From an uncultured Planctomycetaceae bacterium (lineage in GTDB: Bacteria; Planctomycetota; Phycisphaerae; UBA1845; UTPLA1), in the NCBI GenBank assembly GCA_964605185.1, contig CAZSBF010000005.1, positions 3,625 to 67,624 of the forward strand: 64,000 nucleotides of DNA, given 5' to 3'. Both the position numbers and the translations under genes were made by a program. Each line of letters begins with the position of its first letter. The stretch's first letter is position 1. Below the pieces are notes generated by a model, which saw only the letters and a list, made by a program, of their open reading frames with translations, did not search any database and was not told the DNA's origin. Positions 54,539-63,548 of this stretch are shown here, piece by piece.

Positions 54539-55642
54539 GTGGCAGCGCCTCAGCCAACCTCAGCATCGGCCCCGCGCCGACTCGCGGCGATCATTCTCGC
54601 CGCCGGCAAATCCACGCGCATGAAGACCGAGTGGCCCAAGGTCATGCACGAGGTCTGCGGTCGCACCATGCTCGGCCACGTTCTGGAGGCCTGCCGCGGC
54701 GCCGACATCGACACCTTCCACATTGTCGTCGGTTTCGCCAAAGAAAAAATCATCGATGCATTCAGCGCCGAACCCGGCGTTCACTTCGTCGAACAACGCG
54801 AGCAAAAGGGCACTGGCCACGCCGTCATGATGTGCGCCGACGCCCTGAAGGGCTTTCATGGCGATGTCATCATCATCGCCGGCGATATGCCCATGATCCG
54901 CTCGCAGACCCTGCTCGACCTCATCGGTTCGCATCGCACCACGTGTTCCACCGCCTCCATCGCCACTACCGTCCTCGACGACGCCACCGGTTACGGCCGA
55001 ATCATCCGCGATGCCAAAGGGGATTTTGAGCGCATCGTCGAACACCGCGATTGCACCCCCGACCAACTGAAGATCAACGAAGTCAACCCCAGCTACTACT
55101 GCTTCGACGCCGCTTCGCTGCTCGCCGCCTTGCCCAAGCTCACGAATAAGAACGCCAAGGGCGAGTATTACATCACCGATGTCCTCGAAATCCTGCGTGG
55201 CGAAGGCAAGCCCGTCCGAGCCACGACGCGCGTCCCCGCCATCGACGCCACCGGAATCAACTCCCGCGCCGAGTTGGCAGACGTCAACCGCCTCATGCAG
55301 AAGCGAATCGCCGCCGAGTGGATGGATGCCGGCGTCACGATCCTCGATCCCGAAAGCACGTGGATCGACTGTCGCGCCAAGATCGGCGTCGAAACGGTAA
55401 TCCGCCCATTCAGCACCATCGAAGGCCATGCCCGCATCGGTGCCTCCTGCGTCATCGGCCCTTATGCCTACGTCACCGATGGCGCCGTCGTCGCTGATGG
55501 GACGCACGTCGGCCCCGGCGTGTTGTCTGCACTGGATTCAACGGGAGCCGAGCGCCGCACCGTCGTCGGTGCTGGCAAGAAACAGGTGAACGTGGTTCGC
55601 CGTCCTCCCTCAGAGGCCGGCGTGGGATCGAGGGTGTCCTGA
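54539..55642 (+). CDS. glmU: GlmU-like N-acetylglucosamine-1-phosphate uridyltransferase with shortened left-handed beta-helix domain
   Basis: LAAIILAAGKSTRMKTEWPKVMHEVCGRTML, QREQKGTGHAV, IIAGDMPMI, YYITDV, then only about 100 aa of hexapeptide-repeat region. Start uncertain: GTG 54539 has GGAG 6 nt upstream, and GTG 54506/54515/54533 are alternatives. The ATG at 54470 lies inside tRNA-Gln. Confidence 0.75.
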   Translation: MAAPQPTSASAPRRLAAIILAAGKSTRMKTEWPKVMHEVCGRTMLGHVLEACRGADIDTFHIVVGFAKEKIIDAFSAEPGVHFVEQREQKGTGHAVMMCADALKGFHGDVIIIAGDMPMIRSQTLLDLIGSHRTTCSTASIATTVLDDATGYGRIIRDAKGDFERIVEHRDCTPDQLKINEVNPSYYCFDAASLLAALPKLTNKNAKGEYYITDVLEILRGEGKPVRATTRVPAIDATGINSRAELADVNRLMQKRIAAEWMDAGVTILDPESTWIDCRAKIGVETVIRPFSTIEGHARIGASCVIGPYAYVTDGAVVADGTHVGPGVLSALDSTGAERRTVVGAGKKQVNVVRRPPSEAGVGSRVS

Positions 55643-56601
55643 TGGCCATGGTTCCCGATGAAGTCAAAGTCTTCGGCGGTCGCGGTAATCCCGACTTGTC
55701 CGATGCGATCTGCAACTATCTCGAAATCCGCCCCGGCCGCGTCCACGCCGAAACATTTCCTGACGGCGAACTCTTCGTGAAGCTCCACGACGATGTGCGC
55801 GGCAAGGATGTCTTCATCGTTCAATCGACCTGCCGCCCGGTCAACGACAATCTCATGGAACTGCTGATTTTCATGGATTGCCTCCGCCGCGCCTCGGCCC
55901 GTCGCATCACGGCGGTGCTGCCGTACTACGGCTACGCCCGGCAGGATCGCAAGGAAGAAGGCCGCGTCCCTATCACCGCGAAGCTCGTCAGCAATATCAT
56001 CCGCGAGGCCGGTGCCGATCGCGTCCTGACCATGGACCTCCACGCCTCGCAGATTCAGGGCTTCTTTGATATCCCCGTCGATCACCTGACGGCCGAGCCC
56101 GTGCTGTTCAAGCACATGAAAGACATCGACTTTAAGAACGTCGTCTTCGTCAGTCCCGACGTCGGCAACGTCAAACGAACCCGCGTCTTCGCTGAAAAGG
56201 CCGGCTGCGATCTCGCCATCATCGACAAACGCCGAACCAGCGGCACCACCACCGTGATGTACCACATCATCGGTGATGTCGAGGGTAAGGATGTCATCAT
56301 GATCGATGACATGATTGCCACCGCCGGCACCGTATGCGAAGCCGCCAAGATCGTTCGTGAGCGAGGCGCCCGAAGCGTCCGCGCCGCGGCGACCCATGCC
56401 GTCTTTGCCGGCGCCGCCATCGATCGACTCGAAAAGGCCCCGCTGACCGAAATCGTCGTTACTGACACGATTCCGGTGTCGCCCGAGGCGAAAAAGCGAT
56501 TGTCGAATCTGGTCGTCGTCAGTGTCTCCGACATTCTGGGCGAAGCCATCGCCCGTATCCATAAACATCAATCCGTGAGTAGTCTGTTCAATCATTCGTA
56601 G
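55642..56601 (+). CDS. prs: ribose-phosphate pyrophosphokinase
   Basis: VFGGRGNPDLSDAIC, GELFVKLHDDVRGKDVFIVQS, YYGYARQDRK, DLHASQIQGFFDIPVD, IIDDMIATAGT. The start overlaps the glmU stop (TGATG). Confidence 0.95.
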   Translation: MAMVPDEVKVFGGRGNPDLSDAICNYLEIRPGRVHAETFPDGELFVKLHDDVRGKDVFIVQSTCRPVNDNLMELLIFMDCLRRASARRITAVLPYYGYARQDRKEEGRVPITAKLVSNIIREAGADRVLTMDLHASQIQGFFDIPVDHLTAEPVLFKHMKDIDFKNVVFVSPDVGNVKRTRVFAEKAGCDLAIIDKRRTSGTTTVMYHIIGDVEGKDVIMIDDMIATAGTVCEAAKIVRERGARSVRAAATHAVFAGAAIDRLEKAPLTEIVVTDTIPVSPEAKKRLSNLVVVSVSDILGEAIARIHKHQSVSSLFNHS

Positions 56602-56616
56602 TGAGGTACGTCAGTC

Positions 56617-57273
56617 ATGAACATCCCGACAATCAAAGCCGATACTCGTAAAGCAGCCGGCTCCCGTGCCGCGGCCCGATTGCGCCGCGACGGAAAACTC
56701 CCCGGCATCATGTACGGCCATAAGGAAAATCCCCTGCCCATCGTGCTGGATCGACATGCCGTTGAATTGCACGTCGAGCACGGTGCCCACCTGTTCAACA
56801 TCGACATGGGCGGCAAGACGCAGCCCTGCCTGATCAAGGACGCCCAATACGATCACCTCGGCGCTGCCCTGGTCCACGTCGATCTGGCTCGCGTCGATCT
56901 GAACGAACGCGTGAAAATCCACGTGCCCATCGAATACCGCGGCACGCCAAAGGGCATCGCCGAAGGCGGCGTGCTTCGACAGGAAATGTCCGACCTGCAC
57001 ATCGAGTGCCTTGTCGCCAACATTCCCGACAAGGTGCGCATCGATGTCAGCCACCTGAGTTTGAATTCGGTGCTCTACACGAAGGATCTGAAACTCGACC
57101 CCGACATCATCGCCATCAACGACCCCGATTCCGTCGTCGCCACCTGCCGACCGCCGCTTGCCGAAGTCGAAGGAGCGATCACGGCCCCAGTCGAAGGTGC
57201 CGCCGAGCCCGAAGTCATTGCCAAGGGCAAGATCGAAGTCGAAGGCGAAGAAGGCGCCGCCGAGAAGAAGTAA
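56617..57273 (+). CDS. rplY: 50S ribosomal protein L25 / general stress protein Ctc
   Basis: RKAAGSRAAARLRRDGKLPGIMYG, LIKDAQYDHLGAALVHVDLARVD, and a C-terminal acidic extension. Conserved position between prs and pth. Confidence 0.9.
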   Translation: MNIPTIKADTRKAAGSRAAARLRRDGKLPGIMYGHKENPLPIVLDRHAVELHVEHGAHLFNIDMGGKTQPCLIKDAQYDHLGAALVHVDLARVDLNERVKIHVPIEYRGTPKGIAEGGVLRQEMSDLHIECLVANIPDKVRIDVSHLSLNSVLYTKDLKLDPDIIAINDPDSVVATCRPPLAEVEGAITAPVEGAAEPEVIAKGKIEVEGEEGAAEKK

Positions 57274-57333
57274 CCCATGGGTTCCGCGCCGCCGCATGAT
57301 TGTGTGGCGAAACCCAGAAAGATTGTTAGGTAA

Positions 57334-57360
57334 GAGTGGTGCGGGCCTCCGTGCCCGCAG
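57334..57360 (+). repeat. REP-like GC hairpin element, copy 5 (divergent loop)
   Basis: GAGTGGTGCGGGCCTCCGTGCCCGCAG. Stem TGCGGGC/GCCCGCA. Lies between ctc and pth. Confidence 0.6.
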
Positions 57361-57391
57361 GCTTGAAATAAATGAGGTGCAGTAAGCACGA

Positions 57392-57961
57392 ATGAAACTC
57401 ATCGTCGGTCTCGGCAACCCCGGTGCGCAATACGTGCACACGCGGCATAACGTGGGTTTCCGCGTGGCTGAGTTGCTCTGCGACCGATGGAAGCTCGGAA
57501 ACTGGAAGGAGAAGTTCAGCGGCCTCGTGGCCGACGGTCAGGCCTGCGGAGATCGAATCGTCCTGCTCCGGCCCATGACCTACATGAACGTGAGCGGCAA
57601 GAGCGTTTCTGCCGCGGCACAGTTCTTTCAGTGCCCGATGTCGGATCTGTTGATCGTGTCCGACGATGTGGATCTGCCGCTGGGCAAGCTGCGAATGCGG
57701 GCCACCGGCACCGCCGGCGGTCAGCGAGGCCTCGACGATGTCCTGGCCATGCTGGCAACGCTCGACGTGCCGCGACTGCGAGTCGGCGTGGGTCGACCGA
57801 CGCGAGGCAGCGTCGCGGATTATGTGCTGTCGCCGTTCGCCGCGAGCGAGCGCGACGAGGTTGAAGAGGAAATCACGCGGGCGGCCGATGCCGTCGAAGT
57901 GTGGGTGACCAAGGGCATCCACGCCGCGATGAACGATACGAATCGAGACTCGAAGGACTGA
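57392..57961 (+). CDS. pth: peptidyl-tRNA hydrolase
   Basis: [58 protein letters not shown]. Confidence 0.95.
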   Translation: MKLIVGLGNPGAQYVHTRHNVGFRVAELLCDRWKLGNWKEKFSGLVADGQACGDRIVLLRPMTYMNVSGKSVSAAAQFFQCPMSDLLIVSDDVDLPLGKLRMRATGTAGGQRGLDDVLAMLATLDVPRLRVGVGRPTRGSVADYVLSPFAASERDEVEEEITRAADAVEVWVTKGIHAAMNDTNRDSKD

Positions 57962-57980
57962 GTGAAAAACGTGACGGTTT

Positions 57981-57998
57981 CGCCGGCCGAGTCCGGCG
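57981..57998 (+). promoter_or_regulatory. hairpin in the rpsF leader
   Basis: CGCCGG-CCGAGT-CCGGCG, 20 nt upstream of the rpsF GTG. Its position is compatible with an S6:S18 autoregulatory leader, but the motif was not verified. Confidence 0.25.
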
Positions 57999-58017
57999 CG
58001 TGTAAGGAGAGTTTGCT

Positions 58018-58476
58018 GTGAAGCGATACGAGGCAATGTTCTTGATGGATGCCAACATGGCGTCCGATTGGCCGTCCGCCGAGGCGGAGGTGAAGCGAAT
58101 CCTGGATCGTGCCGGCGCCAACGTGCTCGGCCTGAAGAATTGGGATGAGCGCAAGCTCGCCTATTCGATCCACCAACACAAGCGCGGCCTCTATGCCCTC
58201 GCATTCTTCGACGCCCCGGCCGAGAAGATCGCCGGCCTCGAGCGCGACGTGCAGCTCAGCGAAAAGGCCGTCCGCGTTCTCGTCCTCCGCCGCGAGAAGC
58301 TCACGCCGGAGACAATCGAAAAGGCCCTGACGGCTCCGCCGCCGCCCAAGACCAGCTTCCGCTCCGACGAGTGGAGCAGCAACCGCGGACGACCCGATGG
58401 TCGGCCCGGAGACGGCCCCCCGATGGCCGCGGCCGCCGTGGAAGAGGCCCCGGATATCGACGTGCTGGAAGTCTAA
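58018..58476 (+). CDS. rpsF: 30S ribosomal protein S6
   Basis: GTG start after AAGGAGA. KRYEAMFLMD, WDERKLAYSIHQHKRGLYALAFFDA. C-terminal low-complexity extension. Confidence 0.9.
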   Translation: MKRYEAMFLMDANMASDWPSAEAEVKRILDRAGANVLGLKNWDERKLAYSIHQHKRGLYALAFFDAPAEKIAGLERDVQLSEKAVRVLVLRREKLTPETIEKALTAPPPPKTSFRSDEWSSNRGRPDGRPGDGPPMAAAAVEEAPDIDVLEV

Positions 58477-58517
58477 ATGTCTGACGCCGCGTGGATGCGC
58501 GGGGGAAGGATCGACTC

Positions 58518-59021
58518 ATGGCCAACTTCAACAAAGTCCTGCTCGCAGGCAACCTCACGCGCGACCCGCAGCTCTCGCATCTGCCGAGCAACACGGCCGT
58601 CGCCGAGATGGGCATGGCCGTCAATCGCAAGTGGCGTTCGCAGACCGGCGAGATGAAGGAGGAAGTCACCTTCGTCGACCTTCGTGCCTATGGCAAGCAG
58701 GCCGAGACGCTGAACCAATACATGACCAAAGGCAAGCCCATCCTGATCGAGGGCCGCCTCAAGTACGACCAGTGGGAAACCAAGGAAGGCCAGAAACGCA
58801 GCAAGCTCTACGTCATCGTCGAGAACTTCCAGTTTCTCGGTGGTCCCAGTGGTGCCGGCGGCGCCGGCGGCGCGGGTGCAAATCGTGGCGGCGATCGCTA
58901 CGAGCGTACCGAACGCCCTGCACCGTCCGCACGAAACACCGGCGGCGGCAGCGCAGCCCCGATGGACGAAATGCCGCCCATCGACGAAACCGTTCCCGCC
59001 GGCGATGACATCCCGTTCTAA
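58518..59021 (+). CDS. ssb: single-stranded DNA-binding protein
   Basis: MANFNKVLLAGNLTRDPQL OB-fold start, Gly-rich linker, and the canonical acidic tip DDIPF. Confidence 0.95.
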   Translation: MANFNKVLLAGNLTRDPQLSHLPSNTAVAEMGMAVNRKWRSQTGEMKEEVTFVDLRAYGKQAETLNQYMTKGKPILIEGRLKYDQWETKEGQKRSKLYVIVENFQFLGGPSGAGGAGGAGANRGGDRYERTERPAPSARNTGGGSAAPMDEMPPIDETVPAGDDIPF

Positions 59022-59054
59022 GAAATCGAAAGAATTTAAGAAGAGGATCGATAT

Positions 59055-59333
59055 ATGGCATTCATGAAGAAACCGTTCGGTAAGAAGAAAAACGACAAGG
59101 CCGCCGAGAAGAAGAAGCGCATGAAGGCCCGCGAGGTCACCAAGTGCCGCTTCTGCCGCGAGAAGGCCGAAGAGATCGACTACAAGGACCTTGGCTCCTT
59201 GCAGCGCCTGGTCACCAGCCAGGGCAAGCACCTGTCGCGAAAGCGCAGCGGTAACTGTGCCCGCCACCAGCGCATGTCATGCGTGGCCCTCAAACACGCC
59301 CGATTCATCGGGCTGATGTCCTTTGCCGGCTAG
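59055..59333 (+). CDS. rpsR: 30S ribosomal protein S18
   Basis: CRFCREKAEEIDYKDLGSLQRLVTSQGKHLSRKRSGNCARHQR...KHARFIGLM. Confidence 0.95.
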   Translation: MAFMKKPFGKKKNDKAAEKKKRMKAREVTKCRFCREKAEEIDYKDLGSLQRLVTSQGKHLSRKRSGNCARHQRMSCVALKHARFIGLMSFAG

Positions 59334-59347
59334 AGGAGACGACCATT

Positions 59348-59896
59348 ATGAAACTGCTCTTACGAAAAGACATTCCCAAGCTCGGCCTCTGCGGCGACGT
59401 CGTCGACGTCTCCACCGGCTATGCTCGAAATTACCTCCTGCCTCACCACCTGGCGTTGGAGCCGACCAAGTCCAACCTCAAGGCCATTGAGAAGGACAAG
59501 ATCGTCGCCGCTCAGGAACGCGAGCGAGTCCGCGGCGTCTGGCGCCAGACGGCCGCACGCCTGGCCGGTGCCGAAGTCACCATCGCCGCCGCCTGCACGC
59601 CCGACGGCCACCTCTATGGCTCGGTCGGTCCGCGCGAGATTTCACATGCCCTGATGGAAGAGGGACACTCGGTCCACGCCGATCAGGTTAAGATGTCGCA
59701 TAATCTCAAGGAAGTCGGCTCCACCGAAGTGCCCATCGTCCTCGCGGATGACATCCGGGCAACCGTCAAGGTGTGGGTCGTCGCAGAGAAGCGCGCCGGC
59801 GAGTTCGAACCGGAACCGGCGAAGGAAGGTGGCACGGATGTCCCAGGCAGCAATCCAAACGCCCAACCGTCCGACGCCGTCAGCACGGCCAACTGA
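59348..59896 (+). CDS. rplI: 50S ribosomal protein L9
   Basis: AGAGGAG RBS. MKLLLRKDIPKLGLCGDVVDVSTGYARNYLLPHHLA. C-terminal extension of about 30 aa. Confidence 0.95.
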   Translation: MKLLLRKDIPKLGLCGDVVDVSTGYARNYLLPHHLALEPTKSNLKAIEKDKIVAAQERERVRGVWRQTAARLAGAEVTIAAACTPDGHLYGSVGPREISHALMEEGHSVHADQVKMSHNLKEVGSTEVPIVLADDIRATVKVWVVAEKRAGEFEPEPAKEGGTDVPGSNPNAQPSDAVSTAN

Positions 59897-61370
59897 TCCC
59901 ATCGCATCCGGCCGGCTCCCTCCGCAGGATTTGGAAGCGGAGGCGAGCCTGCTCGGCGCGATGCTCCTCGAACGCGATTCCATCGGCCAAGTCGTCCAAC
60001 TCATCCCCCGGGATGAGTCCGCGCGCTTCTATCGCCCTGACCATCGCCTCTTGTACGAAGTCCTCGTCGACCTCTACGCCGAGAACAAGCCCATCGACAT
60101 CATCGTGCTGGAGGATGAACTCCGCCGCCGCGGTCTCCTCGACGAAGTCGGCGGCCGCCAGTATCTGATCGACCTCTCCGAATCCGTTCCGTCCTCCGCC
60201 AACAGCGAACACTACGCCCGCATCGTCCGCGACAAGTCGATGCTCCGCGATCTCATTCAATGCACCAGCGAGATCATGCAGTCGGCCTACAACCAGGCTG
60301 AGCCGGCCGCGCAGGTCCTCGACGATGCCGAAAAGGCCCTCTTTGACGTGACGGAACAGCGCGTCAGCAACCAGGCCGTCTCGCTGCGCGACTTTCTCGA
60401 CGAGACCTTCAAGCAAATCGAATCCTTCGAGGAAGGCACGCTCTCCGGCGTCCCCACCGGTTTCACCGAACTCGACTCCCTGCTCGGCGGCATGCAGTAT
60501 GGCGACTTCATCGTCATCGCCGCCCGGCCCAGCATGGGCAAGACGGCGCTGGCCCTCTCCATGCTCGAAGCCGTCGGCATCTCCGAGCAAATGCCCGCCG
60601 CCTTCTTCTCCATGGAAATGAGCAAGCTGCAGATCGCCCAGCGCATGCTGTGTTCGCGTGCCCAGGTCGATATGCACAAGATGCGCCACGCCCGGCTCTC
60701 TGACGAGGAGATCACCAAGCTGCAGCTCGCCTGCGGCAACATGCGCACCTGCCCCGTCTTCGTCGACGATACGCCCGGCATGAGCGTCATGGAGCTTCGC
60801 GCCAAGTCGCGCCGCCTGAAGATGCGCCACGACATCAAGGTCATCTTCGTGGACTACCTGCAGCTCATGTTCGACCGCACCGCCGCCAAAGACAGCCGCC
60901 AGAACGAAATTGCCAGCATCAGCCGCGGCCTCAAGGCCCTCGCCCGCGAGTTGAACATTCCTGTCGTCGCCATGGCCCAGCTCAATCGACAGGTCGAAGG
61001 CCGCGAAGGCAACCGCCCGCGCATGAGCGACCTCCGCGAGTCGGGTGCCATCGAGCAGGATGCCGACGTCGTCATGCTGCTCCACCGCGAGGAGTACTAC
61101 CTCAGCAAGAAGCGCGCCACCAGCCCCGCCGCCGCCGAGCAATTCGAAAAATCGAAAGGCAAGGCCGAGATCATCGTCGCCAAACAGCGCAACGGTCCCA
61201 CCGGCGACATCGAGATCCACTTCAACCCGCACTTCACCCGCTTCGACAACGCCGCCCCCGGCTACATCACCGACGACGCCGGCTACGGAAACCGCGGCTA
61301 CGCCGAAGACCCCGGCATCGCCTTCAACCCCTCCGGGCCGGGCCTCGCCGACGAAGCCGCACCGTTTTAG
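59838..61370 (+). CDS. dnaB: replicative DNA helicase DnaB
   Basis: LPPQDLEAEASLLGAMLL N-terminal motif, Walker A ARPSMGKTALAL, FVDYLQLM, SRGLKALARELNIPVVAMAQLNR, IVAKQRNGPTG. The first in-frame ATG with an RBS (GAAGGAAGG) is 59838, which gives a 59-nt overlap with rplI. Confidence 0.95.
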   Translation: MSQAAIQTPNRPTPSARPTDPIASGRLPPQDLEAEASLLGAMLLERDSIGQVVQLIPRDESARFYRPDHRLLYEVLVDLYAENKPIDIIVLEDELRRRGLLDEVGGRQYLIDLSESVPSSANSEHYARIVRDKSMLRDLIQCTSEIMQSAYNQAEPAAQVLDDAEKALFDVTEQRVSNQAVSLRDFLDETFKQIESFEEGTLSGVPTGFTELDSLLGGMQYGDFIVIAARPSMGKTALALSMLEAVGISEQMPAAFFSMEMSKLQIAQRMLCSRAQVDMHKMRHARLSDEEITKLQLACGNMRTCPVFVDDTPGMSVMELRAKSRRLKMRHDIKVIFVDYLQLMFDRTAAKDSRQNEIASISRGLKALARELNIPVVAMAQLNRQVEGREGNRPRMSDLRESGAIEQDADVVMLLHREEYYLSKKRATSPAAAEQFEKSKGKAEIIVAKQRNGPTGDIEIHFNPHFTRFDNAAPGYITDDAGYGNRGYAEDPGIAFNPSGPGLADEAAPF

Positions 61371-61432
61371 CCATGAACCAGAGCGGCTTGCGTTGGCTCG
61401 TTGGCCGCATAGAATGAAGGGTTCAGGTTCAG

Positions 61433-61507
61433 CGGGGCGTAGCTCAGCCTGGTCAGAGCGCTTGGTTCGGGACCAAGAGGTCGGAAGTTCGAATCTTCTC
61501 GCCCCGA
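61433..61507 (+). tRNA. tRNA-Pro (anticodon CGG)
   Basis: CGGGGCG-TA-GCTC-AGCCTGGTCA-GAGC-G-CTTGG-TTCGGGA-CCAAG-AGGTC-GGAAG-TTCGAAT-CTTCT-CGCCCCG-A. A T-rich tract follows. Confidence 0.92.
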
Positions 61508-61613
61508 TTTTTCCTTTCCGTTTTTCACTCCTTTCACGTTTGCAGCACAATTCACCGCCCTCCTATAATGCCGCCACGCGTCGGACATCACTGACCCGTT
61601 GGAGCATCGCTGC

Positions 61614-62468
61614 ATGGATTCGCACGCTTCCGCTCATTCCCACCACGACACCATCACCTTCCGCATCGCCCGGCAGGACGGACCCGGCAAGGGCCGCTAC
61701 TGGCAGAGCTTCGTCGTGCCCCATGTCCCCGGCATGAACGTCATCTCCGCCCTGCAGGCCATCGCCGCCAATCCGCATCCCCTCGGCGAAGAATCTTCCG
61801 TCGAGCCGGTCGCCTGGGATTGCAACTGCCTCGAGGAAGTCTGCGGTGCCTGCACCATGGTCATCAACGGCCGCGTCCGTCAGGCCTGCTCCGCCATCGT
61901 CGATAATCTCGACCGCACCGAGGCCGGCGAGATCGAACTCGAACCAATGAGCAAGTTTCCCGTCGTCCGCGATCTCTTCGTCGATCGCTCGCGGATGTTC
62001 CGCGGCCTTCAGCGCGTCAAAGCATGGATCCCTGTGGACGGTTACCACCACGCCGGCGCAGGGCCCGTCCAAAGCCCCGGCGAACAGGATGAGGCCTACC
62101 CCCTTTCGCAATGCATGACCTGCGGCTGCTGCATGGAGGCCTGCCCGCAATACTCCAAGGTCGAAGTCCCGCGCGAGTCCGGCGAGAGCGATGCCCAATA
62201 CGTCGATCGCCGCAACGCCGCCTTCGATGAACAGTTCATCGGCCCGGCCGTCATCTCGCAGGCCGTCCTCTTCAACGCGCACCCCACCGGCAAGATGACC
62301 AAGGGCGAGCGCCTCGACGCCCTCATGGAGGCCGGCGGCATCACCGACTGTGGCAATGCACAGAACTGCGTCAAGGTCTGCCCGAAGGACATCCCGCTCA
62401 CGCGCTCCATCGCCAAGGCCGGCCGCGACACGACGCTCCACGCGATCAAGAGCTGGCTGCTCAAGTAG
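61614..62468 (+). CDS. sdhB: succinate dehydrogenase/fumarate reductase iron-sulfur subunit
   Basis: [2Fe-2S] region CNCLEEVCGACTMVINGRVRQAC, then CMTCGCCMEACPQ and CGNAQNCVKVCPKDIPL cluster motifs. ATG 61614 has GGAG upstream. TTG 61599 is the alternative start. No sdhA/C/D is adjacent. Confidence 0.85.
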   Translation: MDSHASAHSHHDTITFRIARQDGPGKGRYWQSFVVPHVPGMNVISALQAIAANPHPLGEESSVEPVAWDCNCLEEVCGACTMVINGRVRQACSAIVDNLDRTEAGEIELEPMSKFPVVRDLFVDRSRMFRGLQRVKAWIPVDGYHHAGAGPVQSPGEQDEAYPLSQCMTCGCCMEACPQYSKVEVPRESGESDAQYVDRRNAAFDEQFIGPAVISQAVLFNAHPTGKMTKGERLDALMEAGGITDCGNAQNCVKVCPKDIPLTRSIAKAGRDTTLHAIKSWLLK

Positions 62469-62476
62469 CGCCAATT

Positions 62477-62502
62477 GAGTGGGGCGGGCGTCCCTGCCTG
62501 CC
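62477..62502 (+). repeat. REP-like GC hairpin element, copy 6
   Basis: GAGTGGGGCGGGCGTCCCTGCCTGCC, 9 nt after the sdhB stop. Confidence 0.8.
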
Positions 62503-62507
62503 ATTGA

Positions 62508-62903
62508 ATGATCGCACAACACAATCACCCTATGCCCGGATACCCCGACTCCCATCTGAACCCCGCCCCCGGCCGCAGGCCTTCGCCCCGGGTGCAGGCT
62601 GTCTTCGTCGCCATCCCCATCATCTTCGCCGCCGCATGGCTCATCTACTTCTGGTCCATCACCGGCGTGCACACCGTCGTCGAGAAATACCCGAACGGCC
62701 AGGTCCGCGCCGAAGGCTACGCTCGCCGATCCGGCGTCGAAAACTACAAGCGCCACGGCCACTGGGTCACCTACCACGAGAACGGCCAAAAGGAATCCGA
62801 AGGCTTCTACGAACGCGGCGAAAAGGTCGGCGAGTGGTCGTATTGGGATTCGACGGGAAAGGCGACGACGACCGCTCCGGCGGAGGATAGGCCAAAATCG
62901 TAG
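62508..62903 (+). CDS. MORN-variant repeat (YwqK-like) membrane-anchored protein
   Basis: N-terminal TM helix VFVAIPIIFAAAWLIYFW, then repeats G-x-x-x-G-x-W-x-x-Y (KRHGHWVTYHENGQKESEGFYERGEKVGEWSYWDSTGK). Confidence 0.7.
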   Translation: MIAQHNHPMPGYPDSHLNPAPGRRPSPRVQAVFVAIPIIFAAAWLIYFWSITGVHTVVEKYPNGQVRAEGYARRSGVENYKRHGHWVTYHENGQKESEGFYERGEKVGEWSYWDSTGKATTTAPAEDRPKS

Positions 62904-62925
62904 GGTGGGTTGTACTCAACCCACC
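62904..62925 (+). terminator. stem-loop immediately after the stop codon (possible terminator, no T-run)
   Basis: Perfect 9-bp stem GGTGGGTTG / CAACCCACC with loop TACT, beginning 1 nt after the stop at 62903. Confidence 0.4.
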
Positions 62926-62942
62926 GCTGAGCATTCGACACT

Positions 62943-63269
62943 ATGACTCAACCAAACGATCCACTCTCCTTTATTCAATCGCTCGCGGCCTCCGAGTCCG
63001 TTCGTGTCACTCAACATGCTCACCAGGAAATGCTCGAAGAGTTCATCCTGTTGGACGACTTGCTCTTCGCGATCTCAAACGGTCACGTCCTGGAAAACTA
63101 CCCGGACCATCGGCGAGGCCCTTGTAGTCTCGTCCACGGGGTGGATGCCGATAACCGCGATATTCATGTCGTATGCACGTCGAGTCTCCCAACGCTTATA
63201 ATCATTACGGCGTATTTGCCCAGACCTCCCAAATGGGTAACGCCAACTCAGCGGAGAGCACCCCTATGA
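62943..63269 (+). CDS. DUF4258-like putative toxin (108 aa)
   Basis: VRVTQHAHQEMLEEFILLDDLLFAISNGHVLENYPDHRRGPCSLVHG...IHVVC...IIITAYLP matches my recollection of the DUF4258 pattern (HA-x-x-x-M, YP-D, compact alpha/beta). ATGA overlap with the next gene. Confidence 0.7.
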   Translation: MTQPNDPLSFIQSLAASESVRVTQHAHQEMLEEFILLDDLLFAISNGHVLENYPDHRRGPCSLVHGVDADNRDIHVVCTSSLPTLIIITAYLPRPPKWVTPTQRRAPL

Positions 63270-63490
63270 AATGCTCGATTCTTGGCTGTCCCGGCGAATA
63301 TGAACCAACGCTCATCCATCACACCATCCGGCAGGATGGACAAGTAATCGTCATTGATCACGTCCCCGCACAGCAATGCGACGTCTGCGGTGACGTCGTT
63401 CTCGACCCCGCCACCATCCGCCGAATCGAAGCGTTGCTTGCCTCACAACCGCAACCGCACCAAACCGCCCCGGTCTTCGAATACGCCTAA
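63266..63490 (+). CDS. YgiT-type zinc-finger (MqsA N-terminal-like) putative antitoxin, 74 aa
   Basis: MKCSILGCPGEY...VIDHVPAQQCDVCGDVVLD. A C-x4-C ... C-x2-C zinc ribbon without an HTH domain. Translationally coupled to the preceding gene. Confidence 0.7.
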   Translation: MKCSILGCPGEYEPTLIHHTIRQDGQVIVIDHVPAQQCDVCGDVVLDPATIRRIEALLASQPQPHQTAPVFEYA

Positions 63491-63548
63491 TCGTCTCGTG
63501 CGCGTCGAAGAGTCGCCTGGGAGACATTCCCTTCTCGCACGCACCTTT

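Noticed and set aside
59880-61550. 556-aa ORF on the minus strand
   Set aside because: Antisense to dnaB, and it runs through tRNA-Pro. Gly/Ala/Val/Asp-rich shadow composition.
61563-62789. 408-aa ORF on the minus strand
   Set aside because: Antisense to sdhB and the MORN gene. It crosses a REP hairpin, read there as GRDARPT. Shadow ORF.
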